Of a stretch of 64,000 nucleotides of DNA, positions 41,701 through 51,400 are shown piece after piece. The translations under genes and the position numbers were made by a program. The notes beneath the pieces were generated by a model. It did no database searches. It was not told where the DNA came from and was given only the letters and a program-made list of their open reading frames with translations. The DNA is from an uncultured delta proteobacterium (GTDB lineage Bacteria; Myxococcota; Myxococcia; Myxococcales; Myxococcaceae): assembly GCA_963771175.1 (NCBI GenBank), contig CAVYSY010000034.1, positions 19,360-83,359 of the forward strand, given 5' to 3'. The first letter of the stretch is position 1, and each line of letters begins with the position of its first letter.

Positions 41701-44700
41701 TCCGTCTCGGAGGTGAGGTTGCCCCAGGCGTCGTAGCCGAAGCTCCGGGTGATGTAGCCGCCCGTCTGGTTGTTCCAGCCGCGCTGGCGCGTCACCAGTC
41801 CCCTCACCGGCGCAGCGGCGTAGGTGGTGTTGCCGTCGTACTCGTGCAACGTCTGCTTGAGCAACGTGCCGGCCGTGCCAATTCCCGCGTAGATGTTCTC
41901 GTACGCGGGCAGTCCCACGAGGTACGCCGAGGTGTTGGGGTACAGCCCTCGCAGCGAGGTGCGCTCGTCCCCCGCCACGTCGTAGTCGCCATGCTCGTAG
42001 GTCAGGTTGCCGTTGCCGTACTGGTCATAACCAATCTGCAGCAGCGTCCTGCGGCACGACGCGGAGAGGTTGCACTCGTACTCCCAGCGATCCGTCATCA
42101 GCGACGTGTAGGGAGCCGAGGCGCTCTCCGAATAACCAAACGTCGAGTACTTGTAGAGGCCGCCGGATGCGCTGCGGTAGTAGGTGACCTCGGGCTTGCT
42201 GATGCAGCCGACGTGCTGGTGGTAATACGTCTCCGTGAAGTTGCCCGCGGCATCCAGCACGGAGGTGACCTTGCGGAAGCCGAGGAAGCGGCGCTCGGAG
42301 TCGGACCACAGGCCGCCCTGGTAGCTGTAGCGCGTCTGCGAGCAATTGCCCCGCCCATCACAGCCCTGCAGGGACGACACCGTCTGCAGCACCGCGCCCG
42401 TCGGCAGGTAGGTGTTCGACCAGGACGAGGACGGCGTGTACGTGACCGTCGTCGTCCCGCCCAGGCCATTGGCACTCCCCGTCAGGAGGTTGCGCCCGGC
42501 CGTGAAGCGCGCCGCCTCCCTGTGGCCCTGGCAGCCCTCGCCGTACCAGCCCGTGCACTCCCAGAGCTGCCACAGCAGATCCTGGGCACCATCCCCGTCC
42601 AGGTCCACGAGCTCGAGCCCGCCCTGGCCCTTGCCACCACCATCCCAGAGGACGAAGTAGCCTCCGGTTCCCGGAGCCGTGCCCGCCGCCCAGCCACTCC
42701 CCGTCGACAGCCACGTCTCGCGGTGCGCCTGGCAGCCCTCGCCATACCAGGCCGTGCACTCCCACAAGGACCACACGAGGTCCGACTTGCCGTCGCCGTT
42801 GACGTCGGAGAGCCGCAGCCCACCGTCCGCGTAACCGGCACCGTCGTTCATCGCGAAGTAACCACCGCCCACCGGAGCCGGACCCGCCGCCCAGCCACTC
42901 CCCGTCGACAGCCACGTCTCGCGGTGCGCCTGGCAGCCCTCGCCGTACCAACCCGTGCACTCCCACATCGACCACACGAGGTCCGTCTTGCCATCGCCGT
43001 TGACGTCGGAGAGCCGCAGCCCACCGTCCCCGTAACCGGCACCATCCTTCATCGTGAAGTAGCCACCGCCCGCCGGGGCCGCGCTCGCCGTCCAGCCGCT
43101 CCCCGTCGACAGCCACGTCTCCCGGTGCGCCTGGCAACCCTCGCCGTACCAACCCGTGCACTCCCACATCGACCACAAGAGGTCCGACTTGCCGTCGCCG
43201 TTGACGTCCGCGAGCCGCAGCCCGCCGTCACCGTGGCCGGCACCATCGTGCATCGCGAAGTAGCCACCGCCCGCGGGAGCCGCGCCCGCCGTCCAGCCAC
43301 TCCCCGTCGACAGCCACGTCTCCCGGTGCGCCTGGCAACCCTCGCCATACCAGCCGTTGCACTCCCACAGCGACCACACGAGGTCCGACTTGCCGTCGCC
43401 GTTGACGTCCGCGAGTTGCAGCCCGCCGTCACCCTGGGCCGCACTGTCGTTCATCGCGAAGTAGCCACCGCCCGCGGGTGCGGCGCCCGCCGTCCAGCCA
43501 CTCCCCGTCGACAGCCACGTCTCCCGGTGCGCCTCGCACCCACTGTTGTACCAGCCGGTGCACTCCCACAGGGACCACACCAGGTCCGACTTGCCGTCAC
43601 CGTTGACGTCGGCGACCCGGAGGCCGCCATCCATGCGACCGGCGCTGTCGTGAAGCACGAAGTAGCCGCCGGTGGGAGGCGTCGCGCCGACCACCCAGCC
43701 CGTCGCCTTGTTGAGCCACAGCTCGCGGTGCGCCTCGCACCCGCTGCTGTACCAACCCTGGCACTCCCACATCATCCACAGCATGTCCTGACGGCCGTCG
43801 CCATCGAAGTCGCCGTACCGGACGCCGCCGTCGTTCGGGCCACCCGACGTCCATCCCGCCGAGGCGCCATCCCACAAGCGCGACCACATCCCAGAGGGAG
43901 GAGTCGACGCCGGTGCGAGCGAGAGCCCGGCGGAGTCATAGGAGAACGAGGTCGCCGGCAAGGCGCTGCCGCCCGTCACCGTGCCGGCGGCGTCGACCGT
44001 CGCGTCACGGCCGAACTGCTGCACGCTCGCGAGGAGCGACAGTCCGGTGGAGGGGTTCGTCGTATACGAGAGCTTGTATGCCCGAACCCGGATGCCGCTC
44101 GTCACCACGTCCACCGACTTGAGCCGGTAGCGGGTGTTGCCCAGGGTGCTGGAGCCGTTGGCGAAGGTGACCGGATCCGGCCGCACCTCGCGGTACATGC
44201 GCACCACCGTGCCGTTGTAGCTGACGGTGTCCGGGTAGCAGTCCAGTGCCGGGCTCCCGTCACACCACCAGCCGTAGCTCACCGTGTTGCCCTGCGTGTC
44301 CACCACGCTGCTCAGGCCCCAGCGGTACGTGCCCACCCAGGAGCCGCCCTGCCAGGCCTGGAAGACGGGCGTGTAGTTCCTCCGCGTGCCGTCCTTGCTC
44401 CACACCGTCCACGTGTTGGCCGCCGCGTCGTACCGCAGGCGCTCGTAGCCCTCGATGCGGGTGGCGTGCGTGCCGCCGGTGGTGCAGCTCGGGCTGGAGC
44501 TCCCCGCCGCGCAGCCCATCAGCTCCTGCCCATCCATCAGGAAGAGGTCCGCGCCGTCATAGCGGGGCGTGCCCTTGCCCGGACTGGCCCGCACGATGCT
44601 GGAGAAGCCCTCCAAGCCCCAGCCAGCACCCGCGGCACCGCTCCCTCCCGACGAGCTGTAGGTGAGCCGCAGCGACGGCTCCAGTCCGTGGAAGGCGGGG

Positions 44701-44858
44701 ACGGAGATCTGCTCCGCGGTGGAGAACGCTCCGTAGAACGTGTCCACCGACGCGGATGGATTGTTGGAGGGTGCCTCCGCCTGCACCGGCCCGCTGGCGA
44801 GCCACGCCAACAAGGCCAGCACACCGGACACCGGTGCTCCGTAAAGACGTTTTTTCAT
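38733..44858 (-). CDS. Secreted TcdB-like (SpvB / FG-GAP / TcdB-midN) RHS protein
   Basis: Start MKKRLYGAPV with a Sec signal (..PVQA). Contains P.L.L.YSS..G.G..G.GW, seven DVNGDGKSD blades, ERRFLGF, YD repeats and YNNPISNTDPTG. Confidence 0.9.
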   Translation of the reverse strand: MKKRLYGAPVSGVLALLAWLASGPVQAEAPSNNPSASVDTFYGAFSTAEQISVPAFHGLEPSLRLTYSSSGGSGAAGAGWGLEGFSSIVRASPGKGTPRYDGADLFLMDGQELMGCAAGSSSPSCTTGGTHATRIEGYERLRYDAAANTWTVWSKDGTRRNYTPVFQAWQGGSWVGTYRWGLSSVVDTQGNTVSYGWWCDGSPALDCYPDTVSYNGTVVRMYREVRPDPVTFANGSSTLGNTRYRLKSVDVVTSGIRVRAYKLSYTTNPSTGLSLLASVQQFGRDATVDAAGTVTGGSALPATSFSYDSAGLSLAPASTPPSGMWSRLWDGASAGWTSGGPNDGGVRYGDFDGDGRQDMLWMMWECQGWYSSGCEAHRELWLNKATGWVVGATPPTGGYFVLHDSAGRMDGGLRVADVNGDGKSDLVWSLWECTGWYNSGCEAHRETWLSTGSGWTAGAAPAGGGYFAMNDSAAQGDGGLQLADVNGDGKSDLVWSLWECNGWYGEGCQAHRETWLSTGSGWTAGAAPAGGGYFAMHDGAGHGDGGLRLADVNGDGKSDLLWSMWECTGWYGEGCQAHRETWLSTGSGWTASAAPAGGGYFTMKDGAGYGDGGLRLSDVNGDGKTDLVWSMWECTGWYGEGCQAHRETWLSTGSGWAAGPAPVGGGYFAMNDGAGYADGGLRLSDVNGDGKSDLVWSLWECTAWYGEGCQAHRETWLSTGSGWAAGTAPGTGGYFVLWDGGGKGQGGLELVDLDGDGAQDLLWQLWECTGWYGEGCQGHREAARFTAGRNLLTGSANGLGGTTTVTYTPSSSWSNTYLPTGAVLQTVSSLQGCDGRGNCSQTRYSYQGGLWSDSERRFLGFRKVTSVLDAAGNFTETYYHQHVGCISKPEVTYYRSASGGLYKYSTFGYSESASAPYTSLMTDRWEYECNLSASCRRTLLQIGYDQYGNGNLTYEHGDYDVAGDERTSLRGLYPNTSAYLVGLPAYENIYAGIGTAGTLLKQTLHEYDGNTTYAAAPVRGLVTRQRGWNNQTGGYITRSFGYDAWGNLTSETDERGYTRTVEYDPTYHRHEIKRCNALGQCSTKAWETGQDLVKSQTDINGNVTTYTHDALGRPVQTLLPDGSTETFAYLSWGNPSAQRIRRTVSDGTADGLWMEVYEDGLGRQYKTVKEGGFVQESLYSDGSSRVWKKSAVYGPGESPQYQVFSFDGLGRLRTITNPDGTSGQRVYGNGYVASYDELGREKVVWADAYGQTTQVREKNGSTYQYTTSKHDLLGNLVRVTDAAGNVTTVTWDSLGRKLTGCDPDTGCSSFTYDAAGHILTYRDAKGQVSTFTYDALGRRLTKTLADGKQVRWTYDEAGHGAGQGTLTSVVEPSGSESRAYDSAGRVTSLTKCVSGVCYTLSQGYDVAGRLSKVTYPDGEVVSYGYDTVGRLGSVAGYVNALTYNGRGQLLSAAYANGTTARFSYADARQWLTSASVTGPSGTLFQSSYGYDAGGRVTSTSSTTNPLSNLGYGYDALSRLTSVSGNQSQSFTYDALGNITWNSQVGSYQYADGTHRHAATVAGAGTYTYDANGNLVSGGGRTLEWDSDNRLARATTAAGITTFAHDASGQRVLKSSPSGTTRYFGSLLELGPKGLTKHYYAGPLLVAKRDATGAYWFHQDHLGSVRAISNQAGQKVAGYDYSAFGATLASSGTLTNSRGYGGHEVDETGLVYMSARYYDPQLGRFISPDALVPSSDNPQALNRYAYVYNNPISNTDPTGHVPVVAAIATAVSVGVATSFTGTAFVIAVVGAATVTAGYVLKDPMLMSIGGVLLGASSAYVFGAGFLADKLTTQAAWVGGSVSALTSPVSPLDSNLKQAIGWAYTAQSLFHEFKQMDENLRTGADKLRDRISEQDRATILAQKGDKLNKLSEADRAIINHPENWKPWQRQYGAAMERATGGALSAGEAIALNTSGGLVGPGDGWMTQVLEVTTGWIPGVKAHGVLHDAAGFLAGSDGFGVGPGYLYLGHNFFGMSKTLPIAGQVEGIAGTGGNSVSAIFPRLF
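42505..43829 (-). repeat. Intragenic tandem repeat, 7 x 201 bp (67-aa FG-GAP blades)
   Basis: GTTGACGTC recurs at 201-nt spacing. Unit GGLRLADVNGDGKSDLVWSLWECTGWYGEGCQAHRETWLSTGSGW... Confidence 0.92.
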
Positions 44859-44978
44859 GGTTTCTCCAGATTGGGAGAATTTGATAGTAGATTCGAATTC
44901 TCCCAGAGTGAACCGCCTATCGACGGATGGAGGTCGGAATAGGATGGGCCCCACCCTCTCCCGGGAGAACACGACGCG

Positions 44979-45410
44979 ATGAAGAAGCGCTTGCTGCTGG
45001 TGGTCGCCGCCCTCCTGGTGCTGGCCACCGCGGTGGTGATGTCGGAGCTGCAGGAGCCACCACGGCACACCCCCGAGCCCACCGCGCCCCTCACCGACGT
45101 GGCCGGCCCCTCGCCCGAGGTGACGGTGTCCACCGGAGAAGAGCCCCACCAGAGGCTGACGGACGGCTCGCGGCCTCCACCCTCCGGCCAGCCGGAGGAG
45201 ACGGGCACGACGAAGCCGGTGCCCGAAGCGCCCCCGGCCCGGGTGGTGCTCCCCGCCCTCATGCCCGACCCCGCCCACCCGCCCCAGTGGACGAAGCCGC
45301 TGGCCCTGCCCTCCACGCCCTCGCCGCCGGATCCGATGGTGCCGCCGCCCATCGCCGTGGACCCGGAGCGCGGGCGTCCCCAGGGGAATGAGGAGCGCCG
45401 AGCACCATGA
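44979..45410 (+). CDS. Pro-rich protein with N-terminal membrane anchor or signal
   Basis: MKKRLLLVVAALLVLA followed by a Pro-rich segment. Stop overlaps the Lnt start. Confidence 0.65.
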   Translation: MKKRLLLVVAALLVLATAVVMSELQEPPRHTPEPTAPLTDVAGPSPEVTVSTGEEPHQRLTDGSRPPPSGQPEETGTTKPVPEAPPARVVLPALMPDPAHPPQWTKPLALPSTPSPPDPMVPPPIAVDPERGRPQGNEERRAP

Positions 45411-47271
45411 GCCGGAAGAAGGCGGGTCTCCACGGAAGCCGCAAGCAGCTCGAGGCGCACATCACCGAGCAGTCCCTGCACGTCGCGGCACGGCCCGAGG
45501 ACGAGCAGGCGGCGCGAGGACTGGCGGACCTCTACGTACGCCGCGCCGAGGCCGCGCAAGCGGAGGGAGCCCGAGCGGATGCGCTCGCCGCGTGGCAGTC
45601 GCTCGTCGACCTGTGCGCGCGGCGGAGCTGGCCCGAGCGCGAGCTGACCGCGTGCCGGCGGTTGCTGGCGCTGGAGGCTCGCCCCGAGGTGGAGGCCCGC
45701 GCCGCGGAGTTGGTGCGCCAGGCCCGTGCACGCCGACGCACGCTCGTCCTCCAGGCCCTGTCCTCCGCCGCCCTCCTGGTGCTGGCCGCTCCGCCCTTCG
45801 ACCTGTGGCCGCTGGCACTGGTGGCACTCGCGCCCCTGCTGCTGGGGCTGCGTGACGCCTCACCCCTGCAGGCCCTGGCACCGGCCTGGCTGTGCGGCTT
45901 CGCCGTCAATCTCATCGGCTTCCGCTGGGGCTACGCGCTGCTCGACCGTTTCGGCCACCTGCCGGCGTGGGCCCGGCTGCTGGCACTGCTCTTCCTCGCC
46001 GCCTACCAGGGCAGCGTCTTCTCCCTCTGGGCGGGACTGGGCACCCTCCTCACGCGCTCGGCGCGGGTGTCCTGGCTCGTCTCGGTGCCCCTGGCGGTAG
46101 CGGTGGCGGAGAGCGCGCTGCCCTTCCTCTTTCCCTGGAACCTGGCCGTCACCGTGTGGCGGGCGTGGCCGCTGCTCCAGGTGGCCGAGCTCGGTGGCGC
46201 GCCCGCGGTGTCCGCGCTGGTGGTGCTCATCAACCTCACCCTCCTGGAGGCTGGACTGGCCCTCCGGCGGGGAGTCCCCCTCCCCCGGTCCGTGCGGGTG
46301 GCGGGCGGGGTGGTGCTCGGGGTGATGGCCGCCGGGCTCCTGCGGGCCGCACACGTGGCGGTGGCGCGCGACGCGGCTCCCAGGGTCCGAGTGGGCCTCG
46401 TCCAACCCAACTCCGGCACCGTCACCGCCGAGGACCGCAAGCACCGCGGCGAGCAGTACCTGGCCACCCTGCGTCAGGCCACCGGCGAGCTGGCCGGCCG
46501 CGGCGCTCAATTGGTGGTGTGGCCCGAGTCCGCCTTCCCCTTCCTCTTCGACCGGCAGCTCCCACGCGAGTACGCACCCGGGCACCCCTGGGAGCTGCGG
46601 CCCGGCTTCTCGGGGACGCTCCTCTTCGGCGCGCTCAGTCACACCTTCGGCGGCTCGCTCGTCCACAACAGCGCCGTCCTGGCCTCGCCGGACGGACGCA
46701 TCACCGGCCTGTCCGACAAGCAGCGGCTCTTCCCCTTCGGGGAGTACGTGCCCTTCGCGCACCGCTTCCCCGAGTGGGCCTCGCGGGTGCGCGCGCGCCT
46801 GCCAGACTCGCCCGACATCGAGCCGGGCGACGCCCCCCGCCTGCTGGTGAGCGGGCCGCTGAGAATCGCTCCCCTCATCTGCTACGAGGACATCCTCCCC
46901 GGCACCGTCCACGCCCTGGCGCGCCAGCGGCCCAACCTCCTCGTCACCCTGGCCAACCATGCCTGGTTCGGAGAGGGGGACGCGCCATACCAGGCACTCG
47001 CCCTGGCCACGCTGCGCGCCGTGGAGACGCGGAGGGACCTGGTGCGTGCGGCCAGCACCGGCATCAGCTCCGTGGGGGATGCGCTCGGGCGGGTGCGGGC
47101 GCACACCTCGCTCACGGTGGAGCCCGGGGCACCGGAGCTCCTCGAGGGAGAGGTGGCACTGGTGGAGCTCTCTCGCCCGGGCCCTACCTCGCGCCCGCCT
47201 TTCCCTTCGCCTGTGCGCTGGTCCTGGCGGTGCTGGCGCTCCGAGGGGCCCTGCGCAAGCGCGTGCGTTGA
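45407..47271 (+). CDS. lnt: Apolipoprotein N-acyltransferase with N-terminal extension; frameshift near 47170
   Basis: WPES, K..LFPFGEYVP and PLICYED (E-K-C triad), LRAVETRR. The last TM segment (PYLAPAFPFACALVLAVL..*) is in another frame ending at 47271. Confidence 0.85.
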
Positions 47272-47311
47272 GCCGTCCCGGCGCTCGGGCGCCGCTGATA
47301 GACTCCGCCAC

Positions 47312-48274
47312 ATGCTGCGTCGCGCACTGCTGCTGGGCCTGCTGGTGTCGTCGCCTGCCGTCGCGCGGCGCCCCGACGGAGGCGTCTCGATGCGCGGGCT
47401 TTTGCAGAACAAGAACCTCCTGGAACAGGTGCAGCGCTCGGCGCCCGGCGACAGCACGGTGGCGATAGTGCTGCTCGCGAAGCTGATGCGCGATGAGGCG
47501 TGGCTCTCGCTCCTCGAGTCGGGGAAGCCCGCGACGCTGCTGCTGCCGCACTTCAACGCACAAGACGCGGCCTTCTTCGAGGGCGCCCGGCGCGCGGCCG
47601 CGGCGACGGACCTCCGCGGCTTCTACGGGCCGGGCGAGCTGCCCGTGCCCACGGGCGCCAGCGTCGCAGCGGAGGACCGCGTAGGGGCGGTGCGCATCCT
47701 CTACCTCGACGGGGCGCTGCCCTGGGCGAACGCAGCCGTCTCCGGCACGAGCGCCCCACCGGCCCCACCGGCCCCGGCTCGCCCCTGGTCCACGTTCCTG
47801 GCCGAGAACCTGGCGCACGTGCGCGGCGAGGCGGCGCGGCGCGTGGTGATGGACCCGGCGAAGAAGCCGTACCTCGGCCAATTGGGCCACGCCTTCGAGC
47901 ATCTGAAACTCGACCCCGCGGCCATCCAGCACGACGCCCCCTCGAAGGAGGAGGTGCGCGCCTGCGAGTCGGCCTTCCTCGAAGCCGTCGCGAAGGACCT
48001 CGAGGCGGGCACCTTCACGGTGGTGCGCCGGGAGCGCGCGCATGGCTTCCGCGAGCTCTTCCAGCAGTTCCCCCGCTACGACGCGCAGGTCATCGGCTGG
48101 CGGGTCAACGGCGCGCGCTACGTATACCTGCGCTACCGGCTCTCGTCGGCCACGCACCTCCCGCCGCTCGACACCGAGTACTTCGTCATGGACGGTGGCC
48201 ACGCGTTCTTCGAGTACCAGTGCCAGCTGCCCCAGCGCTCGCTGTTCAACGTGGTGGTGCACGGCGAGGCGTGA
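47312..48274 (+). CDS. Secreted hypothetical protein
   Basis: Signal-like MLRRALLLGLLVSSPAVA. The ORF track fuses it to Lnt only because of the frameshift. Confidence 0.65.
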   Translation: MLRRALLLGLLVSSPAVARRPDGGVSMRGLLQNKNLLEQVQRSAPGDSTVAIVLLAKLMRDEAWLSLLESGKPATLLLPHFNAQDAAFFEGARRAAAATDLRGFYGPGELPVPTGASVAAEDRVGAVRILYLDGALPWANAAVSGTSAPPAPPAPARPWSTFLAENLAHVRGEAARRVVMDPAKKPYLGQLGHAFEHLKLDPAAIQHDAPSKEEVRACESAFLEAVAKDLEAGTFTVVRRERAHGFRELFQQFPRYDAQVIGWRVNGARYVYLRYRLSSATHLPPLDTEYFVMDGGHAFFEYQCQLPQRSLFNVVVHGEA

Positions 48275-48446
48275 GGGCCGGCGACGCGGGCGCCCGGAGG
48301 ACGGAGCAAGCGTGCCATCGCGACCGCCTCCCTCAAGAGCGATCGCGCCAGTATGCGTCAGATGGCCCTGCCTGACTGATCGGCATTGGTGCTAGCGTTG
48401 CGCGCCTGGCTCGAACCGACCTCGTTTCACCAGGGGGGAAAAACCG

Positions 48447-51400
48447 ATGCGCTTCACGTCCCGGCCGCTGCTCGCGGTCCTCTGCGGAATCACCCTGTTC
48501 GCGTTCGCGTGCTCCTCCGACAAAGGCGGCGACGCCTCGTGCGGAAACGCCCGTATCGAAGGCGGAGAGGCGTGCGACGACGGCAACCGGCGCGATGGCG
48601 ACGGGTGCGACGCAGCTTGCAGGGTCGAGGCGCCGGCCACGGATTGCGCCGGCGTCGCGGGCGGCGAAGCGGTTCACGACCACTGCGGCCGCTGCGTCGG
48701 CGGGACGACGGGGGAGACCGCGTGCGTGCAGGACTGCGCGGGCGTCTGGGGCGGCACCGCCTCCGTCGACCACTGCGGCGCGTGCACGGGCGGCACCACC
48801 AGCCAAACCGCCTGCACCCAGGACTGCGCGGACGTCTGGGGCGGCACCGCCTCCGTCGACCACTGCGGCGCGTGCACGGGCGGCACCACCGGCAACACCG
48901 CCTGCGCGCAGGACTGCGCGGGCGTCTGGGGCGGCACCGCCTCCACCGACCACTGCGGCGCGTGCACGGGCGGCACCACCGGCCGGACGGCCTGCACGCA
49001 GGACTGCGCGGGCGTCTGGGGCGGCACCGCCTCCGTCGACCACTGCGGCGTCTGCGTGGGCGGCACCACCGGCCGGACGGCCTGCACGCAGGACTGCGCG
49101 GACGTGTGGGGCGGCACCGCCTCCGTCGACCGCTGCGGCGCGTGCACGGGCGGCACGACCGGCCAGACCGCCTGCACCCAGGACTGCGCGGGCGTGTGGG
49201 GCGGCACCGCCTCCACCGACCAGTGCGGCGCCTGCGTGGGCGGCACCACCGGCCGGACGGCCTGCACGCAGGACTGCGCCGGGGTCTGGGGCGGCACCGC
49301 CTCCGTCGACCGCTGCGGCGCGTGCACGGGCGGCACGACCGGCCAGACCGCCTGCACCCAGGACTGCGCGGGCGTGTGGGGCGGCACCGCCTCCGTCGAC
49401 CGCTGCGGCGTGTGCACGGGCGGCACGACCGGCCGGACCGCCTGCACGCAGGACTGCGCCGGGGTCTGGGGCGGCACCGCGCAGGCGGACGGCTGCAACC
49501 GGTGCACGGGAGGAACGACGGGCCGCGTGGCGTGCTCGGGCCGAACGTGCCCCCTCGGCGCGGGCGAGACGGTGCAGGCGCTCGTCGACAACCCGGCGTG
49601 CGAAGTCGTCGCGCTGCCGGAAGGCCTCTTTCGTGGCCCCATCCGCGTCGAGCTCGCCCGGATGGGCGGCAAGAGGGCCGTGGAGGTCCGGGGCTCGTCC
49701 CGCGACGGCTCCGTGGTCGAGAGCGGCGGACCGCCGGCGTTCCAGATCGAGCCCGACGCGACGCTGCGCATCACGAGCCTCACCATCCGTGGCAACGCCG
49801 GAGTGCCCGGCGCCTCGGGATTCGCCGGCTCTGCCGTCTACAACCGGGGAACGGCTACGCTCGACGGCGTCGCCGTCACGCGGAACATCGGGCTCATCAC
49901 CGGCGCGATCACGAATGAGCATCGCATGGAGATTCGCTCGTCGATCGTCTCCGAGAACGTCAACCGCGGCGGGACCAAAGCCCTCGGCGGCGCGATCTAC
50001 AACTCCGGAGTGCTCTACATCGGCGGGAGCGCGATCACGGGAAACGAGGCGAGCTCGACGGGCCTCAACTACGGCGGCGGCGTCTGCAACGACGGCGGCA
50101 GCGTGACCATCGAGGACAGCGAGGTTTCCGGCAACCGGGCGTCGAACGCAATCAACGTCGGCGGCACGATGGAGGGAGGCGGCATCTTCAGCGCCGGCGG
50201 CGCGATCGACGTCCGCCGCTCCCGCATCCACCAAAACCGCGTCGAGAACGCCGGGAGCGGCGCCCACGGCGGCGGCATCAGCGCGTGGGGCTCCACCGTG
50301 ACCCTCTCGGCGGACTCGGAGGTCTCGTACAACGAGATCGTCGCGAAGTCGGAAGCGTACGGTGCAGGCATCTACCTCCAGGATCACGCACAGCTCCACG
50401 CGGACGGGGTCACGTTCGAAGGAAACGTCGGCCGGGCGGAGGTCTGGGTCGGCGGGGCAGCGGTGATGGCGAAGCAGACCTCGCTCCGTCTCGCAGGCAA
50501 TCGCCTCGCGAACAACCGGCTCGAGGTCACCGCGCCTTCCGGCGGCCAGCTGCTTGGCGGCGTTCTGTACGTCCGCGAAGGCACGCTGAAGATGTCCGGT
50601 GGGCAGCTCGTCGGGAACACGATGCGGAACGGGTGGGTCCAGGGCGGGCTCGTGCGCGTGGACGAGTACGCGTCCCCGTCCGAGGCCGACGAGGCGCTCG
50701 AGCTCGAAGGCGTGACCATCGCCGGGAACGTCGTGTCGACGAGCGGCAACCTCGACGGCGGGCTGCTCTCGGCCGTCCGGACGCTGCGGCTCACGGACTG
50801 CGACATCCACTCGAATGCCGTCACGTCGGCCGCGCAGTACGGCTCGAAGGGCGGGCTCGTGCACTTCTACTGGAGCCACGAGACGACGACGCCGCTCCTC
50901 CCTGGCGCGCTTGCGGTCGAGGGAACGCGCGTGGCCGGGAACACGGTCGCCAGCACGAACGGCGTGTCCGGTGGGCTTCTCTACGCGTATCTCGCGCGGA
51001 CCTCGCCCGTCGTCGTCACGCTCGCGAGCTCCACGTTCGTGGACAACATTGTCTCCAGCACGCGGGGCGCGACGCGAGGCGGACTGTTCCAGTTCGAGGA
51101 AGCCCGGCACGTCGCGATCGTGGACTCGGTCCTGCGCGCCAACACGATCACGTCCGGCGTCGACGGCGGGTCGACGATGAATCCGGGCGTCGTCCACGGC
51201 GGCCTGCTCTACCAGGTGTTCACGACCGGCTCGTACGCCGACCCGGATTCGGATCCGGACGGCAAGATCGCGCTCGTCCGCACGGACGTGAGCCGCAACC
51301 GCGTCGGGACCTCGCTCGCGACCGACGCCGTGCAAGGCGGTCTCTTCATGCTGTACGTGCCGTGGCACGCCGCAGGGCGCCTGTTCACGCTCTCGGCGAC

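Noticed and set aside
30645..44942. Very long plus-strand ORFs (30645-37178, 39582-44942; likewise 88-2103, 12251-15811 and minus-strand 48333-51701)
   Set aside because: Antisense shadows of real genes in high-GC DNA. Arg/Gly/Val-rich with no motifs.
45407..48274. 955-aa Lnt fusion protein
   Set aside because: A frameshift near 47170 joins Lnt to a separate signal-peptide gene starting at 47312. Lnt's last TM segment is in another frame.
42505..49541. 201-bp and 90-bp tandem repeats as CRISPR or non-coding arrays
   Set aside because: In-frame coding repeats with no unique spacers.
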